Assembly: GCA_028698185.1 (NCBI GenBank)
Contig: JAQVDW010000021.1
Coordinates: 26,320-34,353, forward strand
Direction of reading: 5' to 3'
Length of the DNA stretch: 8,034 nt
DNA from: Erysipelotrichaceae bacterium
Lineage (GTDB): Bacteria > Bacillota_I > Bacilli_A > Erysipelotrichales > Coprobacillaceae
A program made the position numbers and the translations under genes. This document shows positions 6,335 through 8,034 of this stretch, piece after piece (the first letter of the stretch is position 1; each line of letters begins with the position of its first letter). A model generated the notes under the pieces. That model was given only the letters and a program-made list of their open reading frames with translations. It ran no database searches and had not been told where the DNA came from.

Positions 6335-6357
6335 GGAGGACGTCGTCCTTCTTTTTC
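6334..6357 (+). terminator. Compact rho-independent terminator after the MscS gene
   Basis: AGGAGGAC (6334-6341) pairs with GTCCTTCT (6345-6352), with one G-U pair and a 3-nt loop GTC, followed by TTTT. It overlaps the stop codon. Confidence 0.55.
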
Positions 6358-6473
6358 AATGATAAAAACAGAATTGGGGACTCTTGCAATTTAAAAAATA
6401 AGGGATAAAATTAATAAAAAGATTTAATTGTTAATAAATTGAGTAAAAAATATAGATTTTATGATTATATCTA

Positions 6474-6501
6474 TTGAAATTTATAATTCTATCGATATAA
6501 T
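6474..6501 (+). promoter_or_regulatory. Candidate sigma-A promoter of the purine permease gene
   Basis: TTGAAA (6474-6479), a 16-nt spacer, then TATAAT (6496-6501). This leaves a leader of only about 25 nt. An alternative is TTGCAA (6384-6389), N16, TAAAAT (6406-6411). Confidence 0.45.
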
Positions 6502-6532
6502 ACAAATTATAAAGGAAAGAGAGGTTATCATT

Positions 6533-7843
6533 TTGGATAGATTCTTTAAATTGAAAGAGCGCAATACAAATGTGCGCCAGGAAATCATTGCCGGAATCAC
6601 TACTTTCTTGGCAATGGCTTATATTTTGGCTGTTAACCCAGCAATGCTACAAATTGGTGGTTTGCCTTACGATGGTGTATTTTTGGCTACCGCGATTTCA
6701 GCAGGTTTCGCATCAATCGTAATGGGGATAGTAGGTCATTACCCAGTAGCATTGGCACCAGGTATGGGAGCCAACGCGTTGTTTACCTATACGGTAATTT
6801 TGACCTATGGTTTTTCACCGGCAGCGGCATTGGCAGCTGTATTTGTCAGCGGGATGATTTTCATTCTTATCTCAGTAACAGGGATTAGGAACATGATCAT
6901 CCAATCGATTCCGACTCAGCTGAAACTTGCTATCGGTGCGGGAATCGGGTTCTTCATCGCATTCATCGGTTTGGTAAATGCGGGAATTGTTGTAGCTAAT
7001 GACGCTACATTGGTAGGGATTGGAGATTTCACCAATCCGACTGTCTTATTGTCAATCTTTGGTATTATTTTAACACTGATTCTAATGTCTAAAAAAATCA
7101 ATGGTTCGGTTTTCTTGGGTCTTGTCATAACAGCTATTGTAGGCGTAATTCTAGGTTTCTTTGGAATTGCTGGAATGCCTGAAGCTCCAAGCCAAATCAT
7201 TTCGTTCAAATTGGATACAAGTATTATCGGGCTATGTTTCTCTGGATTCGGGGAATTGTTCTCTAATCCGAATACTCCAATTGCAGTATTCTCTATTTTG
7301 TTCCTTGATTTCTTCGATACTACAGGAACGTTGATCTCAATTGCCAATCGAATTGGATTCGTCAATGAAAAAGGCGAACTTAAAGATATCGAAAAAGCCT
7401 TGCTGTCTGACTCAATCGGTTCTGTGTTTGGAGCGTTCATGGGAACATCGACAGTGACATCTTATGTCGAATCGACTGCAGGTGTAGGAGCTGGCGGAAG
7501 AACCGGCTTGACGGCGGTGGTAACTGGGATTATGTTCTTCCTGTCAATCATCTTCGCGCCGATTTTATCCGTATTCACCAATTACATCACAGCACCGGCT
7601 TTGGTAGTTGTAGGGGTATTGATGGCGGAACAGCTGGCAGGAATCGAATGGGATGATTTTACAGTGGCGGCTTCGGCGTTCTTTGTAATCATCACAATGA
7701 TATTGCACTACTCGATTTCAAACGGTATCGCGATCGGATTCATAGTTTATGCTTTGTTGAAAACATTCACAGGTAAATGGAAGGAAATCACACCGACAGT
7801 CTGGGTGCTGGTGGCCTTGTTTATTTTCTACTTCACTATCTAG
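6533..7843 (+). CDS. NCS2/AzgA-family purine (guanine/hypoxanthine/adenine) permease, PbuG/PbuO-like
   Basis: 436 aa counted from a TTG start, giving (M)DRFFKLKERNTNVRQEIIAGITTFLAMAYILAVNP, the characteristic N-terminus of this family. It has about 12-13 TM segments. SD GAGAGG lies at 6519-6524, 8 nt before the TTG at 6533. The track's ATG at 6461 adds 24 AT-rich residues (MIISIEIYNSIDIIQIIKEREVII) that overlap the promoter and SD. Confidence 0.9.
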   Translation: MDRFFKLKERNTNVRQEIIAGITTFLAMAYILAVNPAMLQIGGLPYDGVFLATAISAGFASIVMGIVGHYPVALAPGMGANALFTYTVILTYGFSPAAALAAVFVSGMIFILISVTGIRNMIIQSIPTQLKLAIGAGIGFFIAFIGLVNAGIVVANDATLVGIGDFTNPTVLLSIFGIILTLILMSKKINGSVFLGLVITAIVGVILGFFGIAGMPEAPSQIISFKLDTSIIGLCFSGFGELFSNPNTPIAVFSILFLDFFDTTGTLISIANRIGFVNEKGELKDIEKALLSDSIGSVFGAFMGTSTVTSYVESTAGVGAGGRTGLTAVVTGIMFFLSIIFAPILSVFTNYITAPALVVVGVLMAEQLAGIEWDDFTVAASAFFVIITMILHYSISNGIAIGFIVYALLKTFTGKWKEITPTVWVLVALFIFYFTI

Positions 7844-7851
7844 AAACGAAG

Positions 7852-7878
7852 CAGTTAACTTAGGTTAACTGTTTTTTT
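7852..7878 (+). terminator. Rho-independent terminator after the permease gene
   Basis: A perfect 8-bp stem, CAGTTAAC (7852-7859) with GTTAACTG (7864-7871), has loop TTAG and is followed by TTTTTTT (7872-7878). Confidence 0.85.
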
Positions 7879-7894
7879 CATGTTCTGTAATTTG

Positions 7895-7923
7895 TTGCAA
7901 TTTGTTAATAAATAATCTATATT
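7895..7923 (+). promoter_or_regulatory. Candidate promoter of the downstream ABC transporter gene
   Basis: TTGCAA (7895-7900), a 17-nt spacer, then TATATT (7918-7923). A second perfect TATAAT at 7931-7936 lacks a matching -35. Confidence 0.45.
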
Positions 7924-7934
7924 TTAAGTATATA

Positions 7935-7950
7935 ATTCTTACTTAAGAAT
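7935..7950. promoter_or_regulatory. 16-bp imperfect palindrome ATTCTTAC/TTAAGAAT (candidate operator)
   Basis: The half sites ATTCTTA and TAAGAAT are symmetric except for the central C/T pair. The element lies between the -10 region and the SD (GAGGA, 7957-7961). Confidence 0.3.
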
Positions 7951-7970
7951 AAAGAAGAGGATGTGAAATT

Positions 7971-8034
7971 TTGACAAAATTTATTGAATTTATCGATGTT
8001 TCTAAAGTGTACAAGGTTGGTGATATAACTATCA
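7971..8034 (+). CDS. ABC transporter ATP-binding protein, 5' fragment (runs off the window)
   Basis: A TTG start lies 9 nt after GAGGA. The translation MTKFIEFIDVSKVYKVGDITI resembles the first beta-strand region of FtsE/MacB/LolD-type ABC ATPases (IEFxxVSKxYxxG). Only 21 codons are visible. The upstream ATG at 7961 and GTG at 7963 run into TGA immediately. Confidence 0.55.
   Translation, partial: MTKFIEFIDVSKVYKVGDITI

Noticed and set aside
6461-6532. ATG-initiated 24-codon N-terminal extension of the permease (ORF track start at 6461)
   Set aside because: The extension is AT-rich pseudo-coding sequence. It contains the predicted -35 and -10 elements and the SD. The family N-terminus begins at DRFFKLKE, directly after the TTG at 6533.
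6335-6532. Expected purine (guanine/adenine) riboswitch or PurR box upstream of the PbuG-like permease
   Set aside because: The 198-nt gap is extremely AT-rich. It shows no P1/P2/P3 three-way-junction complementarity and no conserved purine-riboswitch core. The best promoter leaves only a leader of about 25 nt. A cmscan run would be the decisive check.
6916-7440. Minus-strand ORF of 174 aa
   Set aside because: It is antisense to the purine permease. Its Pro/Ile/Lys-rich sequence mirrors Gly/Ile/Phe TM codons.
2809-7843. A hidden defence, toxin-antitoxin or other accessory system among the non-ribosomal genes
   Set aside because: Each protein has a clear housekeeping or transport family signature (Gfo/Idh/MocA, MnmE, MscS, AzgA permease). 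The only unknown is a 73-aa membrane protein. There are no nuclease, ATPase, methylase or integrase motifs, and no flanking repeats.
1-8034. Mollicutes-type genetic code (TGA = Trp)
   Set aside because: All nine genes reach their expected lengths with TGG for Trp and without in-frame TGA, so the standard bacterial code 11 fits.

Overview
This window looks like the origin-proximal housekeeping region of a low-GC Gram-positive bacterium (Bacillota; possibly Erysipelotrichia- or Acholeplasma-like, not resolvable by eye). It uses the standard genetic code: all ORFs close without TGA read-through, and GGAGG-type Shine-Dalgarno sites are present. After a 713-nt non-coding tract, the gene order on the + strand is rpmH (L34, absent from the ORF track), rnpA, yidC (lipoprotein type) and jag/khpB. 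A convergent Gfo/Idh/MocA oxidoreductase follows on the - strand. The + strand then continues with mnmE, a 73-aa membrane protein, an MscS-family channel, an AzgA/NCS2 purine permease and the first 21 codons of an ABC ATPase. I found no CRISPR array, no integrase or transposase, no tRNA or rRNA, and no recognisable defence or toxin system. The coding content is ordinary and well conserved. The one part that annotation does not explain is the 5' non-coding tract (1-713). It holds 13 TCACA/TGTGA-core boxes, probably DnaA boxes of the dnaA-rpmH part of oriC, although none is a canonical TTATCCACA. It also holds a perfect 16-nt repeat pair bracketing a GC-richer ORF-less island of about 200 nt with nested complementary segments, and a thrice-repeated ATTTAATCG motif. 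Smaller points are a hairpin terminator plus an SD-less start between rpmH and rnpA, a break in the usual jag-mnmE-mnmG synteny, and a palindromic candidate operator before the ABC gene. Three ORF-track starts were corrected: oxidoreductase to 3765, mnmE to 3938, and the permease to a TTG at 6533.
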